Source: Mobula hypostoma
Taxonomy: Eukaryota
Assembly (NCBI RefSeq): GCF_963921235.1
Contig: NC_086108.1
Span: forward strand, 50,220,001-50,284,000
DNA: 64,000 bases
Reading direction: 5' to 3'
The position numbers and the translations under genes are program-made. Under the pieces are notes generated by a model, which was not told the DNA's origin, did not search any database, and saw only the letters and a program-made list of their open reading frames with translations. The stretch's first letter is position 1; every line of letters starts with the position of its first letter. Shown piece by piece: positions 35,052 through 48,759 of the stretch.

Positions 35052-35869
35052 CTAGAAAACAAGAGAGTCAAAGTAGAAATTCTTGTGTCAACTACAATAC
35101 TACAATTCTTTTGGGTAAGGGAGTGCACAAGGAAAGTGGTCATGGGAAATAATGACAGCATCCTTTTAATACAAATATCAAATCATACTGTACCTGACAT
35201 GCAGGATGCAAGATGATTGTTAATTTACAGTATTGTACACATAATCTCACTGAGCAACTTGCTACATCTTGATAATTATTACTATGTAAATTATGTATTA
35301 GCCTGAATAAATTGATCTATCTTCTAATTAAATGGTAAATTTTATACAATTAAAATCTACCTGTTACTAAGTACTTAGTTGTTCCTTTGTTAGTGATATC
35401 CTGGAGCCAAAAGCTTTTCATCTGAAAGCTCCTGTATCACTAATGAAATAACTTATATGTAGTAGTACAGAAACCTGCAGCCCAAGCAATCTCTGGTACT
35501 ATTTTCTAATGAAGCTTCCTACTCATTCAGCCTTTCATTGTCTTCTTTCATTATGTTGCCTCTCCTTAATCATTTAGATGCACTTCAACCACTTCCTGTG
35601 GTAACAAGTTCCACAAACTCACATTTCTGGTCGAGTAGGAACTTCAGAATTAATTACAGGATTATATGGTGACCATCTTACATTTATGGCTTCTACTTTT
35701 CACAAATGAAGAGAAGTGCAGGTACTACTGCCAAAGCTGGTTACCCAATGCAGTTCAAGTAATAGTGAGCCACCTACTATCATCTGTCCACCCATTCTTA
35801 CAGGAATAACCTTATCATGTTTCTAAACCTTTTTTTACATCCTCACAAATTTATCCATCATCTGTTTTA

Positions 35870-36720
35870 AGATGACAATCAGAACTGTATGCAGTACTCA
35901 ATACGTGGGTCATAGAACAGTACATTAATCAAAATGCCCTTTGGCTCTCAATGTCTGCATGGAACATTATATAAAATTAAACTTTTTTTCTGCCTGTACA
36001 TGATTCATATTCCTCCATTCCCTGCATATTTGTATGACGAAGAGCCGATATGCCACTATTGTATCTGCTTCCAACACTACCTTTGGCAGGCGACTCCAGG
36101 CACCTTCCAGTCTGTTGGAAAAAACTTGCTCCTTACATCTCCTTCTGCATTCCTCCTTAAAACTTCACATCCTTCCTGTAATGGAGTGCCAGAATTCCAA
36201 ACAATATCCCCATGTGCAGCACACCCAATGTTTGATAGAGCAACATGACTTCCTTTTCTTTATACTCAATGCTTCGACCAATGAAAGCAAGCATGTCAAA
36301 GTGCCTTCTTTATCACTAAGTACTTAGGTGGCCACTTTCCGTGAGCTATGAACTTGGATGCCAAAATCCCTTTGTACATCAATGCTGTTAAAGGTCCTGC
36401 TGTTAACTGTATACCTTCACCTTACATCTGACATCCCAAAGCATAACACCTCATACCTCCCTGCATTAAACTTCATCTGCTATTTTTCCATCCATATCTG
36501 TAACTAATCTATATTCTGCCCTATACTTTAACAGGTCCATAACAGTCCAGAATTCCACCAACCTTTGTGTCATCTGCAAATCTACTAATCCACTCATCTA
36601 TATCATCAGTCATCATTCATATTCCAACCTTGTCAAATCCCTTACTAAAATCCATGTAGACAACATCCACTGCTGTACCCGCAATCACCTCCTCAAGAAT
36701 TCAACTTAAGTTTGTAAGAC
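35870..36720 (-). mobile_element. Degraded CR1 fragments in ARPC5 intron 3
   Basis: Reverse-strand RT remnants (TCATCTGCAAA = FADD reversed; GACAACATCCACTGC = AVDVV reversed) and a 3' UTR remnant. Confidence 0.6.
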
Positions 36721-37296
36721 AAAAATCACTTTCATAAGAGCTAACAAATCTTGGATAATTAAGGCTTGATTGGGAATTGACACAATGGTTTTGTATGTTG
36801 GAGATCACATCTGACGAATCTTTTGGATTTTTACCAGAGGTAAATAAGTGAAGCGATTCAGGTTTATCTATTTATTACATGTACGTCAAAACATACAGTA
36901 CAGCGAAATGTGTCTACTGCACTAACAACCAACTCAACCTAAGAATATACTAGGCACAGCCTGCAAATATCACCACACATTATGGCGCCAATATAGCATG
37001 CCCAATATTCAGCAGAACAACAGCAACAAAACAACAGGAAAACCAGTCCCTTTCTTCCCTCCCATCCATCAGTTCACCCATTCACACATAAGGACAGTCC
37101 TCTGTGGAAAATCAAATCGAATCTCAAGTTGCATCACTTCCAAGGTGTAATTGCACCAGACTGTTATGAAACTGCCTTTATATTATTACCAATGTTGTAG
37201 TTTTGCCAGGGCCTACCAAGGTGGCCATGTTGTTATGGTGTGAAGAATACAAAGTAGGTCCATTTCTCATTTTGATAAATACCACACTATACTAAC

Positions 37297-37473
37297 CTTT
37301 TCATGCCATTGTAGTAATATTGCACTACTATTGTCTGATGGTTTTTCAAAACCTTTGTAGATATACTTCATCAGAAGGTCAATACTATTCTTGTCAAGGG
37401 ACTGAACAGCTTTTTCAATATCATTACTCTTAAATGAAGTCAAAACTTTAACAACTGTATTTTCTGCCCGGTC
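37297..37473 (-). CDS. ARPC5: ARPC5 exon 3 (177 nt)
   Basis: [59 protein letters not shown] with AG/GT boundaries. Confidence 0.95.
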
Positions 37474-38044
37474 CTGTTAAAACAAAATAAATTTTGTCAT
37501 TGAGTTTATATGCAATCAATTGAATTATAACAACTTAAAATCAAATGGAATTACTTAAGACATAATCTGGCCAGCGGCAAGTTATTTAACTACCACTGGG
37601 ACACACAGCATTACTGTCTCCCAATTATAAGAACGATCCTTAAATGCTGTAAAGATATGGAGCACCATGTTATAGAATAACATTAGCTCAAACAACACCT
37701 GAGCATCTCATTACATAGTCAGTATATAGTTCAAGCAAAAAAAAGTTTTTATAAAGCAGCACATTTATTGCTACCAAGTTTGACTGAACCAAGTTGAAAG
37801 AGAAATTAATCAGCATCAGTTCACAGAACTGCCTAATGTATCATTAACATGGACACTGAACAATCAAACATTTTCACATATTAAGGGTTTTTTAAAAGCT
37901 TAACTAAATTTGACCTGAAAGCCTGAATTACAAGCAAACAAAATGTGTGCATTAAAATTAGTGCAAAACCCAGAAACTAACAGAAAGCAACCACAGTGTT
38001 TTCAGCTATTAATAACATACAGCATTTTAGCCCTTCAACTTTAC

Positions 38045-38117
38045 CTTAACAGCCTGGTTTTTTGTATTGATTGGAGGATTCTTTAGAGCTGCTTGAAGAG
38101 CTGCATTCAGATTTCCT
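38045..38117 (-). CDS. ARPC5: ARPC5 exon 2 (73 nt)
   Basis: (Q)[24 protein letters not shown]|GTAAAG, preceded by an AC acceptor. Confidence 0.93.
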
Positions 38118-38637
38118 GTGCACAGATATTAAGGAATAGAATATACCAGACTTCACCTAAATAATACCAGCACAAATGGATAAAAGGTAACGCATTTTAA
38201 GTGGATTTTACTTTCAAGAAGAGGGTGACAGAAGGATGTTTTCCAAGTTGTCTTTAATAGCATTAAATTTGAAAATTATTGCGATTTCTTTAATAATAAG
38301 GGCCAGATTTTGAGGAAAACTCCGTTGTTCACAGAATATTATTGATGATTATCCATGTGCTAAGATCTTTGATTCAAGCTAAGGTTTTCCAGCACGCATG
38401 GCAAATGTGAGTCAAACATTTTCTCTACCAACAATTTCCTCTGTTTTAAACTTGGGTATTCTCTGCAATTTCACAGCCAATGATATTCTTTCATTTCGCA
38501 GCCTTTTATTTGACAAAACCTTTACAGTTAATCAACTGCCAATGTATTCTTACTGTAGTGTGCTACAAATCATATGGAAATGAATTTGCATTTGTTGCTG
38601 CACAAGACCAAATATTTTATTTTGCTAAATCCTATCC

Positions 38638-38935
38638 GGCACCACAGTGCCTTAGCAGTTAGTGTAATGCTATTACAGCTCAGGGCGTTCCAGAGTTTGG
38701 AGTTCAATTATGGCGCCGTTCTGTAAGGAGTCTCTGTATGTACTTCCCCGTGGAATGCGTGGGATTTCTCTGGGTGCTCCAGTTTCTCCCCACAGTATAA
38801 AAGTGTACTGAGTAGATCAATTGTTCATTGCAAATTGTCCTGTGATCAGGTAGGTTCAGTCAGGGTTGTGGGGTTGCTGGGGCAGTACAGCTCAAATGGC
38901 CAGAAGGGCATACTCCATGCTGTATTGCTAAGTAA
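38638..38935 (+). mobile_element. tRNA-derived V-SINE (HE1-like); second copy on minus at ~40805-41066
   Basis: tRNA-like head with B box GAGTTCAA, V-domain GCGTGGGATTTCTCTGGGTGCTCCAGTTTC and a CR1-type 3' tail. Confidence 0.7.
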
Positions 38936-39442
38936 GAATACACAATAATTCATCTTTGTGCGACAGGAGAACACACAATAGTCTCTGTTTTATTAGTTCG
39001 TACATTATTATTGCACATTGGTAAATTTATTGTGTATATTATTCTGTACTTTATTAGTTAAAATTATTATATTTATTATTATTGCCAAGTGTGTTTTTAA
39101 ATGCTGCTATAATAAAATAATTTCCCACTTGGGATCACTGAAGTACTTATTATTATTAAATAAAATAAATAAAAACAAATTATTCCTCAAGGTAGAAGTC
39201 TAAATGAAAACAAATAGCTTCTACTCTCAGAATAACAAGGGGAGAGAAAAACATGTGGCATCTTCAACATATCCAAAAATATTCGGAATCCAGAGCGAAG
39301 GTTTTGAAATGCAGCTACTATTACGCAGTTGGTTGAAAAAAAAGACAACTACAAATGCTCAAACAGCAAATAAAATTAATAAACCAATTAATGAGTTCTG
39401 ATACAGAAACAGGTTAGTAATTGAATTCTGGTCACACATATA

Positions 39443-39966
39443 CAGTACTGTGCAAAGGTTTCAGGCACATATATAAAGTTAGAGTGCCCAAGACTTCTTG
39501 CGTAGTACTGTATTTGCCAATGTGGAGTGGACAGTGAGTTTGTAAATCTTGCAGGAGCAAACGATGTTGGGAATGCTGAGGGTGGAACACTACAAAAGGG
39601 GTGTGGGACAGGCGGCAGAGAAGGAATATCAGGGGTAGGATGTGGCACAGGTATAGACACACCCAGCCCTGAGACACCAGGCATGGTCATTTGATTCCAA
39701 ACAATTGGTTTATTGATCATTACAGAATGCCTCTCTAATTCTCACCTCCCTTCCCCTTTTCCCAACCAGGATACCCCTCTCCCTGCCCCCTTCCTACTCT
39801 GTCCACAATAGAGACCCATATCAGAATCAGGTTTATTATCATCACTCACGTCATGAAATCTGTTTTTTTGCAGCAGCAGTACAGTGCAATACATAAAATT
39901 ACTGCAGTACTGTGCAAAAGTCTGAGGCACCCTAGCTATATGTGCCTAAGATTAATGCACAGTACT
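39443..39966. mobile_element. Pair of tiny Tc1-like TIR units (39443-39510 and 39905-39966) bracketing a repeat
   Basis: CAGTACTGTGCAAA...GCAC and the reverse TIR. The first unit is flanked by TA. Confidence 0.55.
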
Positions 39967-40399
39967 CAATATTAATTATTGATTAATAAGTTGATCACAG
40001 TATTATTTTACATCCATCAGAACTTACAATCAAGATTTGATTAAAAAGACATCTAAAGATAACCATGCAGCATTTACACATAATCTTGGGAGGCACTTCA
40101 TCTTATTATGAAAAGCATTTTTCAGTAACAGGAATGATACGAATCAAGCTAAAAGGGTCACACTACAGAGAAGAAAAATGACATTTACATTGCACACCTT
40201 TGTTAATTTTCCTCAATTAAACTCAAAAGCTCACTGAAATTAGCTATTTTTCACTCAACTGGCATTCAGTGCTGATGAGTTATGACTGACATGGAAACTC
40301 CCAGTGAAACTAAACTTATCTAATGCATCAAGAAGAAAAATATATCAAATTTATAAAATAGTAATTATTTTTAAAAATTCTATATTTTATTAAATTAAA

Positions 40400-40705
40400 G
40401 GCATCCGTTAGTCTTGCGAGACCATGGATCTGTGCCTGGAAAGTCTTCACTCTCTAGGGCACAGGCCTGGGCAAGGTTGTATGGAAGACCAGCAGTTGCC
40501 CACGCTGCAAGTCTCCCCTCTCCATGACACTGATGTTGTCCAAGGGAAGGGCATTAGGACCCATACAGCTTGGCATCAGTGTCGTCGCAGAGCAATGTGT
40601 GATTAAGTGCCTTGCTCAAGGACACAACATGCTGCCTCGGCTGGGGCTCGAACTCATTACCTTCAGATCGCTAGTCGAATGCCTTAACCACTTGGCCACG
40701 TGCCC
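40400..40705 (-). mobile_element. tRNA-derived SINE with probable RTE-derived tail
   Basis: A box TGGCCAAGTGG, B box GAGTTCGAGCC, core TGTGTCCTTGAGCAAGGCACTT, 3' CCATGGTCTCGCAAGACTAACGGATGCC. Confidence 0.7.
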
Positions 40706-41529
40706 ACACTTTATTAAATTATAGCCATAATTTGTGCAAGTTAATTATTACTAAAGCTTTCAACACTGTTTGCCAGCATTTTGATGAAAACAGCAAAATG
40801 ACAATTTATTTTATTGAGATACAGAGTGGAATAGGCCCTACTGGCCTTTCAAATGCTGCCCAGCAACCCTCGATTTAACGCTAGCCTAATCAGGACAGTT
40901 TACAATGACCAATTAACCTACTAACTTTTTGGAGGAAATTGGAGCACCCGGAGAATATCCATGCTTTCCACAGGGAGGACTCACAGAATCCCTACAGATG
41001 ATGTTGGAATTGAACTCTGACTCCCTGAGCTGTAATAGCGCTAACCTTTACGCTACTGTGGCACCAATAATATTGCAGCAAGGGCAAGTGGATATCTGAA
41101 ACCTGAGTAAACACAGCGTGCAACCAAATTGATTTAAGGACAATGATATTACCTGTGTACCATTTGAAAATGGACTAACATAGATAAAAGTCAAATTAAG
41201 CATTTGACAGTAATTGATATATCAAAGCATTTAAATGATTTTTGTACTTAAATGATCACATTCTGTGTTGACTTTAGTGCGATTTACCTACTAACAAGAC
41301 AGGTCAACTCCTTAGCCTTATGGTCATCTTCAGAGCATCAGGACACTAAAGACACCATGATATTCTTTATTGCTACAGCTCCCCTGTAGTACTATGTGTG
41401 CAGAGGGGATAGAACCAGTATAAAGTGTTGAAGGACTAGTGTGTGACAGGAACCAGCAGGTGATAAGTGAAACTAAACAAGGACTGGGGTGATCTCCAAG
41501 CTTCTAAACCTGGGACTCAGCACTTCCCT

Positions 41530-42575
41530 TTGCAACTGCATCCTTGACTTTCTGATCAACAGATTGCAATCAGTAAAGATATAAAGCAACACCTCTGCCA
41601 CAATCATTCAAAACACTGATGTCCCACAAGGCTGCATCCTCAGTCTCCTACTCTGCTCCCTATACACCCAGGACTATTTGGGCAGATTCTGTTCTAACTC
41701 CATCTACAAGTTTGCAGGTGATACCATAGTGGCCATATGTCAAATAATGAACAATGAGTACAAGAAGGAGATAGAGAGCATAGTGACAACATGTGGAGAC
41801 ATGACAATAACCTTTTCCTCATTGTCAGTAAAACAAAAGAGGAAGAGGAGGGGATGCACATGCTCCCATTTAAATCAACAGTGCTCAGGTTGAGAGTTTC
41901 AAGCTCCGAGGGGATAACATCGCTAATAATAGCCTGTGCTCGTCCAACCACACAGATGTTATAGCCAAGAAAGCTCACCAGTGCCTCTACTTCCTTAAAA
42001 GGAGAAAGAAATTTAAGTATATTCCCTTTGATCCTCAATTTTTATCAATGCTCACAGAAAGCATCCTATCCAGATATGTCATGACCTGGTAAGGCAATTG
42101 CTCTGCCCGGGACTGCAAGAAACTACAGAATTATGGACACAGCTAATCACATCATGGAAAATGATCACCCCTACACGGCTCCAGTCTACACTTTGCTGTG
42201 CTAGAATAATCAAAGATCTCAGCCATCATGGACATTTTCTCTTCTTTTCCCTCCCATTGTGCATAAGGTACAAAAGCTTGAAAGCATGTATCATCAGGCT
42301 CCAAGACACTTTTTAATCCCACAGTTATAAGACTATAGAACATTCGCTTCATATAATGAGATAGACCTGACCACACAATAAACTTAATTACGACATTGAA
42401 CTTTGTTGCCTACCTGCACTGCACTTGCTTGTAACTATAACACTTTATTCTGCATTATTGTTTTACCTTGTACCATCTTAATGCATTATTGCAATGAAGT
42501 TATCTATATGGATAGAATGCAAGACAAATTTTACATTGTACCTCTGTACTTATGACAATCATAAAAGAATTTACA
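41530..42575 (+). mobile_element. Degraded Rex1/Babar-type LINE fragment
   Basis: PQGCILSxLLCSLYT and KFAGDT remnants. The 3' region resembles 13475-14470. Confidence 0.65.
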
Positions 42576-44144
42576 TTAACTGAGCAAATACATAAATTTC
42601 AGTTTTCAGTCTACTTGGACTATTTCCCAAAGCTAACAGAGGGTCATCCCTTAGAATGTCCGTTGATAATCCATAAAAAAAAATCTGTAGATGCTACAAG
42701 TCTGAAATATTAAAAGAAACGTTCAGCAGGTTAAGTTGTATCTCTGGAAAGAAATGGAATAATTGTTTCAGGTTGTAGATCCTGCATCAAAACTTCTAAG
42801 ACCTAAAACATTTGTCTTATCAAGATGTTACCTGATCAGTTGATTTTTTTCCAGTATTTGCTTTTATATTGGTAACATCCTTTCTCTCATGCATCCAAAT
42901 ATAGAAATCGTGACTCTCTTAAAGGTCAGATAACGTGAATGCTTAAGTAAAGAAGAGGCAGGTTTGTGGCCAGACAGTGATGAAGATAGCTGGAAGCATG
43001 AAAGCATAGACAGAAATGGAGCGCTATAGATGCCACCAACAGAAACTACAGAAATCAAACAGGAAGTGTGAGGAAGAGGATGCTGTCACTCATGAATTCA
43101 CCTGAGCAATGGTGCATTTAAGAGTATATTGAATCAAGTGGATGAAGCCTTTGGTGAGCATGTCAAAATAAAGCATTTGCAGCAATAGCCTGATGACACA
43201 TCTCAGTTTTACTAGAAAATATGTGCCATGGCACATATCTTGAAATTGATCTGGAACTGCAAGCATGGAGAATAAAAGGCATTGCCCTTAGTGAAGCTCT
43301 GAGATACTTGGCAATTAACCAGCAATTATTCCATTTACATTGTGATAGTAAGAAAAGCCTTGTACTGATCAACTTGGAAACAGCTAAAGCATGAAATTCC
43401 TCCTTACTGGGAAATAAGTGGAGTATGGGACCGATAGGCATGCTCTAAGAATCAGCAATTGGCATAGTGCCATGAGAAAACATGAAAATGTGAAAAGGTG
43501 AAGTAATTTTGGTAAATATAAATAAAAACTAAAAACAAACTGAGCCAAAAAGAAATCGAACTATATATGTACACACAACTGTTGAGCAAACAACCCTCAT
43601 TAGAGAATTGCAAAAACCAACACTATGTAAAGAAGTGTTTTCTGTGAATTATTAAAGATATACCCTTTTTCTGAGATCATGCTCAAGTTCTAGGCTTTTT
43701 AGAAGAAAGACCTACTTAACATCTATTCAGTCAATATATCCCAGAATTGTGTACATCTTAATGAGATCATCTGTTATTTTTAAATTCAAGCAATAGGGTA
43801 ATATTTATCATTCACTCATCATAGAACAACCTCTTCATACTCAAACCAACTTGTGTTGTTTGTGTCTTTCTGTTCAACCAATAAAATGAACTTTATTCAT
43901 ATCAAACAATTTAAAATACTGTTTACTTATTCTTTTACACAAATTAAATTTAAAAACCATCTCCAATAATATTACAGAAATTGCACTTACCCAAAAATCT
44001 TCAAACTTTCTCTGGTGGACATTAATGCGGCAATTCAAATTTTAACATAATCTATAAATATTGGTTTCTCACCAGGTTACCCAATTAGGATTATATTTAA
44101 AAGTTATTCATTCTACATAAAGTACTGCAATATTAATATATATA

Positions 44145-44681
44145 CCCAAGTGGCCACTTTATTAGGTACCTCCTGTACCTAAAGTGGCCACTGAGTGTAT
44201 GTTCATGGTCTTCTACTGCTGTCGCCTATCTACTTCAAAGTACCATGTGCTGTGTGTTCGAAGATGTTCTTCTATATGTCACTGGTTACTGTTGTCTTCC
44301 TGTCAGCTTGAACCAAACTGCCCACTCTTCACTGACCTCTCTCATTAACAAGGTGTTTTTTTTTAAGCAGAGAACTGCTGCTCACTGGAATTTTTTTTTG
44401 TTTTTTTTTTGCACCATTCTCTGTAAACTCCTAGAGACTGTTGTGCGTAAAAATTCCAGGAAATCAGTAGTTTCTGAGATAATCAAACTACCCTGTCATC
44501 TGGCACCAGCAATCATTCCACAGTAAAGTCATTTATATCATATTTCTTCCCCATTCTGATATCTGGTCTGAACAACCAAACCTCTTGAGCAAGTCTGCAT
44601 GCTTTTACGCTTGAGTTGCTGCCACAACTGGCAGATTTTTACATTAATAAGCAGGTATACCTAATAAAGTGGGTACTCATG
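44145..44681. mobile_element. Tc1/mariner-type non-autonomous element
   Basis: TIR core CCACTTTATTAGGTA at the left and TACCTAATAAAGTGG at the right, with TA flanks. Confidence 0.7.
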
Positions 44682-45038
44682 TACAAGTCACAAGATGTAT
44701 CCAAATTTCGGTTTCTTTTAACCTCCTACACAAAACAATAGTCAGATTCAGTTGTGGATTCCCAACAAATGTTTTTTTGTTTCAAAGCCTATAGTTATAA
44801 AGTTACTTCATTTGAGCCAACTGGGAAACAACTTTTAACAAAAACGTATTTTACTTTATATATAGATTACTACATTTGCATTGGCTGGATTTCTCCTTGA
44901 TTTTGGGCTGGAGACTTGAATGACAAGCTACTGACGGAAACGCATTTGGAATTTTACATTTAACGTATTATGGTTGATCTTCATCAAGTCATTCACATTT
45001 GAAAGTCAATATTAATCCGCATCCAGCATCCTTTAGAC

Positions 45039-45775
45039 CAGGGGTCCCCAACCTTTTTTGCACCACGGACTAGTTTAATATTAACAATATTCTTGCGGAC
45101 GGGCCGACCAGGGGGAGCGGGTGTTCAAGTAGGGTTAAACTCACCTCAACATGTCTTTTACAGTTACGGTTGCCAACTTTCTCACTCCCAAATAAGGGAC
45201 AAAAGTAGCAGTCAAATCCCGGAACACTTTACCCCAGGAAAGACTACCATGACCATGAAGCCTTGCACGGGCACATGTGTGCGCATGTGATGCGCCCATG
45301 TGCGTACGTGCCAATTTCCCCCCCACAAATCACTTTTGCCTTCATCTTCCCGACTATACTGTACATACATTATTTCTACTTTATATAGGCTGTGTATTTA
45401 TCATATCATTCCTGCTTTTACTATATGTTAGTGTTATTTGAGGTTTTGTGTGTTATTTGGTATGATTTGGTAGGTTATTTTTTGGGGTCTGGGAACGCCG
45501 AAAACATTTTCCCATATAAATTAATGGTAATTGCTTCTTCGCTTCACGCCATTTCGGCACGAAAGGTTTCATAGGAACGCTCTACTTTAGCGGGGGAAAT
45601 ACGGGACAAACCAATTTAGCCCAATATACGGGATGTCCCGGCAAATACGGGACAGTTGGCAACCCGATGTTCAACAGTGGGCGTGACAGGGAATGAGGAA
45701 AGGTGCAGCTGACTCATATCGTTTCCTCGTGGCCCGGTGGCACATGCTTTGCGGCCCGGTTGTTGGGGACTGCTG
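45039..45775. mobile_element. Composite hAT-like element with a nested TIR element (~45167-45665)
   Basis: Outer TIRs CAGGGGTCCCCAAC / GTTGGGGACTGCTG flanked by CTTTAGAC and CTTTAGGA. Inner TIRs GGTTGCCAACT / AGTTGGCAACC. Confidence 0.65.
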
Positions 45776-45902
45776 CTTTAGGATTTCCCAACCTTTTTTA
45801 TGCCATGGACCAATACCATTAAGCAAGGTGCCTGTTTACCCCAGGTTGAGAACCCCTGCCTTAAACAGTACAACTGAATGCAAAATAACAAAAAATACTC
45901 TT

Positions 45903-47205
45903 TCAAGCAACACACACAAAATGCTGAAGGAACTCAGCAGGCCAAGCAGCATCTATGGAAAAGTGTACAGTCAATGTTTCCTGCCGAGACACTTCAGCAG
46001 GACTGGAGAAAAAAAAAAGCTGGAGAGTAGATTTAAAAGGTGGTGGAAAGGGAGAGAGAAACAAAAGGTGATAGGTGAACCTGAAGGGGGAGGGATGAAG
46101 TGAAGAGCTGTGAAGTTGATTGGTGAAAGAGATACAGGGTTGGAGAAGGGGGCGTATGATAGGAGAGGACAGAAGGCCATGGAAGAAAGAAAAGGGGGGA
46201 GGTGCACCAGAAGGAGGCAATGGGCAGGCAAGGACATAAAATGAGAGAGGGAAAAGTGGAATGGTGGGGAGGGGGACATTACTGGAAGTTCGAGAAATCA
46301 ATGTTCAAACCAGTTCCAACGGGATGCCACCACCACCAAGCACATCTTTCCCTCCCCCCAACTTTCTGCAGAATCACTCTCCACTTGACTCCCTTGTCCA
46401 TTTGTCCCTCCTGGCACTTACCCTTGCAAACAGGACAAGGGCTACACCTGCCCCTACACCTCCTCCTTCACTCCTACACTCCTTCCAGGTGAGGCTGCAC
46501 TTCACCCGAGTCTGTTGGAGCCATATACTGTGTCTGGTGCTCACTGTGTAGCCTCCTGTATATCGGTGGGACCCAACATAGATTGGGAGACTGCTTTGCC
46601 GAGCATCTACGCTTCATCTGCCAGAAAAAGCCAAATGTCCCAGTCACCACCTATTTCAATTACACTTCCTATTCTTATGTCAATCCAGGGCCTCCTCCAC
46701 TGTTGTAACAAGGGCACACTTAGGTTGGAGGAACAACACCTAATATTCCGTCTGGGTAGCTTCCAACTTGATGGCATGAACATCAATTTCGCGAACTTCT
46801 GGTAATACCACCCCCCTCCTTCACCATCTCCCACCCCATTTCTTTGCCCGCCTATTGCCTCCTTCTGGTGCTCCTCTCCCCTTCTCTTTCTTCCATGGCC
46901 TTCCATCTTCCTCTATCAGACCCTCCCTTCTCCAGCCTTGTATCCCTTTCACCAATCAACTTCACAGCTCTTTACTTCCCCCTTAAGGTTTCACCTATCA
47001 CCTTGTGCTTCTCACTCCCCTCCCCCCACCTTTTAAATCTGCTCCTCAGCTTTTTTTCTCCAGTCCTACTGAAGGGTCTTGGCCTGAAACGTTGAATGAA
47101 CTACCCCCCCCCCCACCCCACCATAGATGCTGCCTGGCCTGCTGAGTTCCTCCAGCAGTTCGTGTGTGTTGCTTGGATTTCCAGCAACTGCAGTTTATCT
47201 CTGTT
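45903..47205. mobile_element. Degenerate Penelope with long inverted arms
   Basis: Minus pLTR and 3' end at 45903-46310. Plus GIY-YIG remnant (LRLEEQHLIFRLGS) and pLTR to ~47205. Confidence 0.75.
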
Positions 47206-48759
47206 TCAATCACAAACAATTTTTTCATTTTTTTTGCCAGTAACTTCAAAACTTTAAATTATTGATTTCTGGTTATCCACCCTTCTATTAATGTAAGTAA
47301 GTTCTCCTCATTTACTCTCATCTTTATCAAACTTTCTCAATCTGCTTTTATTAGAAAAACCTTGATATCTATGATCACTCCATATAACTGAAGCCCTACA
47401 AATGTGGCAATATTCCAATAATCTTTCTGTACTCCCTCTCAAGCTTTGATATGCTTCTTAAAGAACAGAACCCAGAACTGAATACAAACAGTGAATATAT
47501 TACAAAGCTATAGTTGGACTTGTTATACTCCTATGCCGCTATTAAAAATACACAAAATAACAGCGTTTAAAAGCTCTATGGACATTCTACTCCACTCAAA
47601 TATTTGTTTACACACATCAACATTTACATTTCATATGCATATTCAAAATGAATTGCTTCATATGCCTATGCTAATATTTTTGTTAGCAAGTGCATTATAT
47701 AATGATTCCGGAACACATTCTGAAAGCTCAAGCACACATTCAAATGCACTCCCTTCATCATTCTTCTCTCTTCCTCAACAGTTAGTTTGCACAGAAGCCT
47801 GAAGTATATTTGCTACTATCCAAATTACCTTGATCTAATAAGATATTAAAATAATGCCCCACATAGTAGGCAGGTCTGTGCTTCTTTAATTTTCTTCCAT
47901 GATTTCATATGCATACAATTCACATCATTTTATTCAATACAGAAGTGCAATTTAGAGAAACGTAAACTAGAAGACTATTAAAAGTCATCATTCTAAAACA
48001 TCAAATCTCCACAATGATGCTTGAACTTCAGAGTATTGCTAATATTGTCCTATTTTTTTCCCCAAATTTCCAATATCAGGGACATCTCCTTCATTTTAAA
48101 GTTGTGTGAAAGATTAAACTTTAAAATTAAGCATCTCAGTGGAGCAAATGCTTAGTTATATCAATGTACATATTATTTCATAATACTTTGTCATTTACAT
48201 TTTGCATTAAAGCTTACAGATATCCAGGAAAAATACTAGTTGCAGTTTAAAAAAAAACAATCTGTGTCTTAAAATAAAATCAAAACTATAAAAGTGTTCT
48301 GGATACAGAATAAGCCAATGAACATCAAAATGTCCTATATTTTGGTATACATTTAAGGTGAAGAAAGCAAGTTCGAAAGATATATGTTGGACAGTGTTTT
48401 TTTTCTTTCTTTATGCAGAGTAATGGGCACCTGGAATGAGTACCGGGGATGGTATTGGAGGCAAATATGATAAAAAGGCATTTAACAGGTTCTTAGATAA
48501 GCACATTAATATGCAGTAAATGGAGAGATATGGATGTGTAGGCAGAAGGGGCTAGCTTAGCTGGGCTCTTAATTACTAGTTGAACTATTTCAGTACAATA
48601 TTATGGGCTGAAGGGACTACTCCTGTGCTGTACTATTTTATATTCTACAATTAACACATCCATCTATTAAGTTCATGGTCACGAGTATAATGTATGCCCA
48701 CAAATCATAGCACTTAGCTTCAGATTCAGAATCAGGTTTAATTTCCAGTAATATCATTG

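Noticed and set aside
40630-40705. tRNA gene
   Set aside because: A and B boxes are present, but it runs into a SINE body and lacks a proper acceptor stem.
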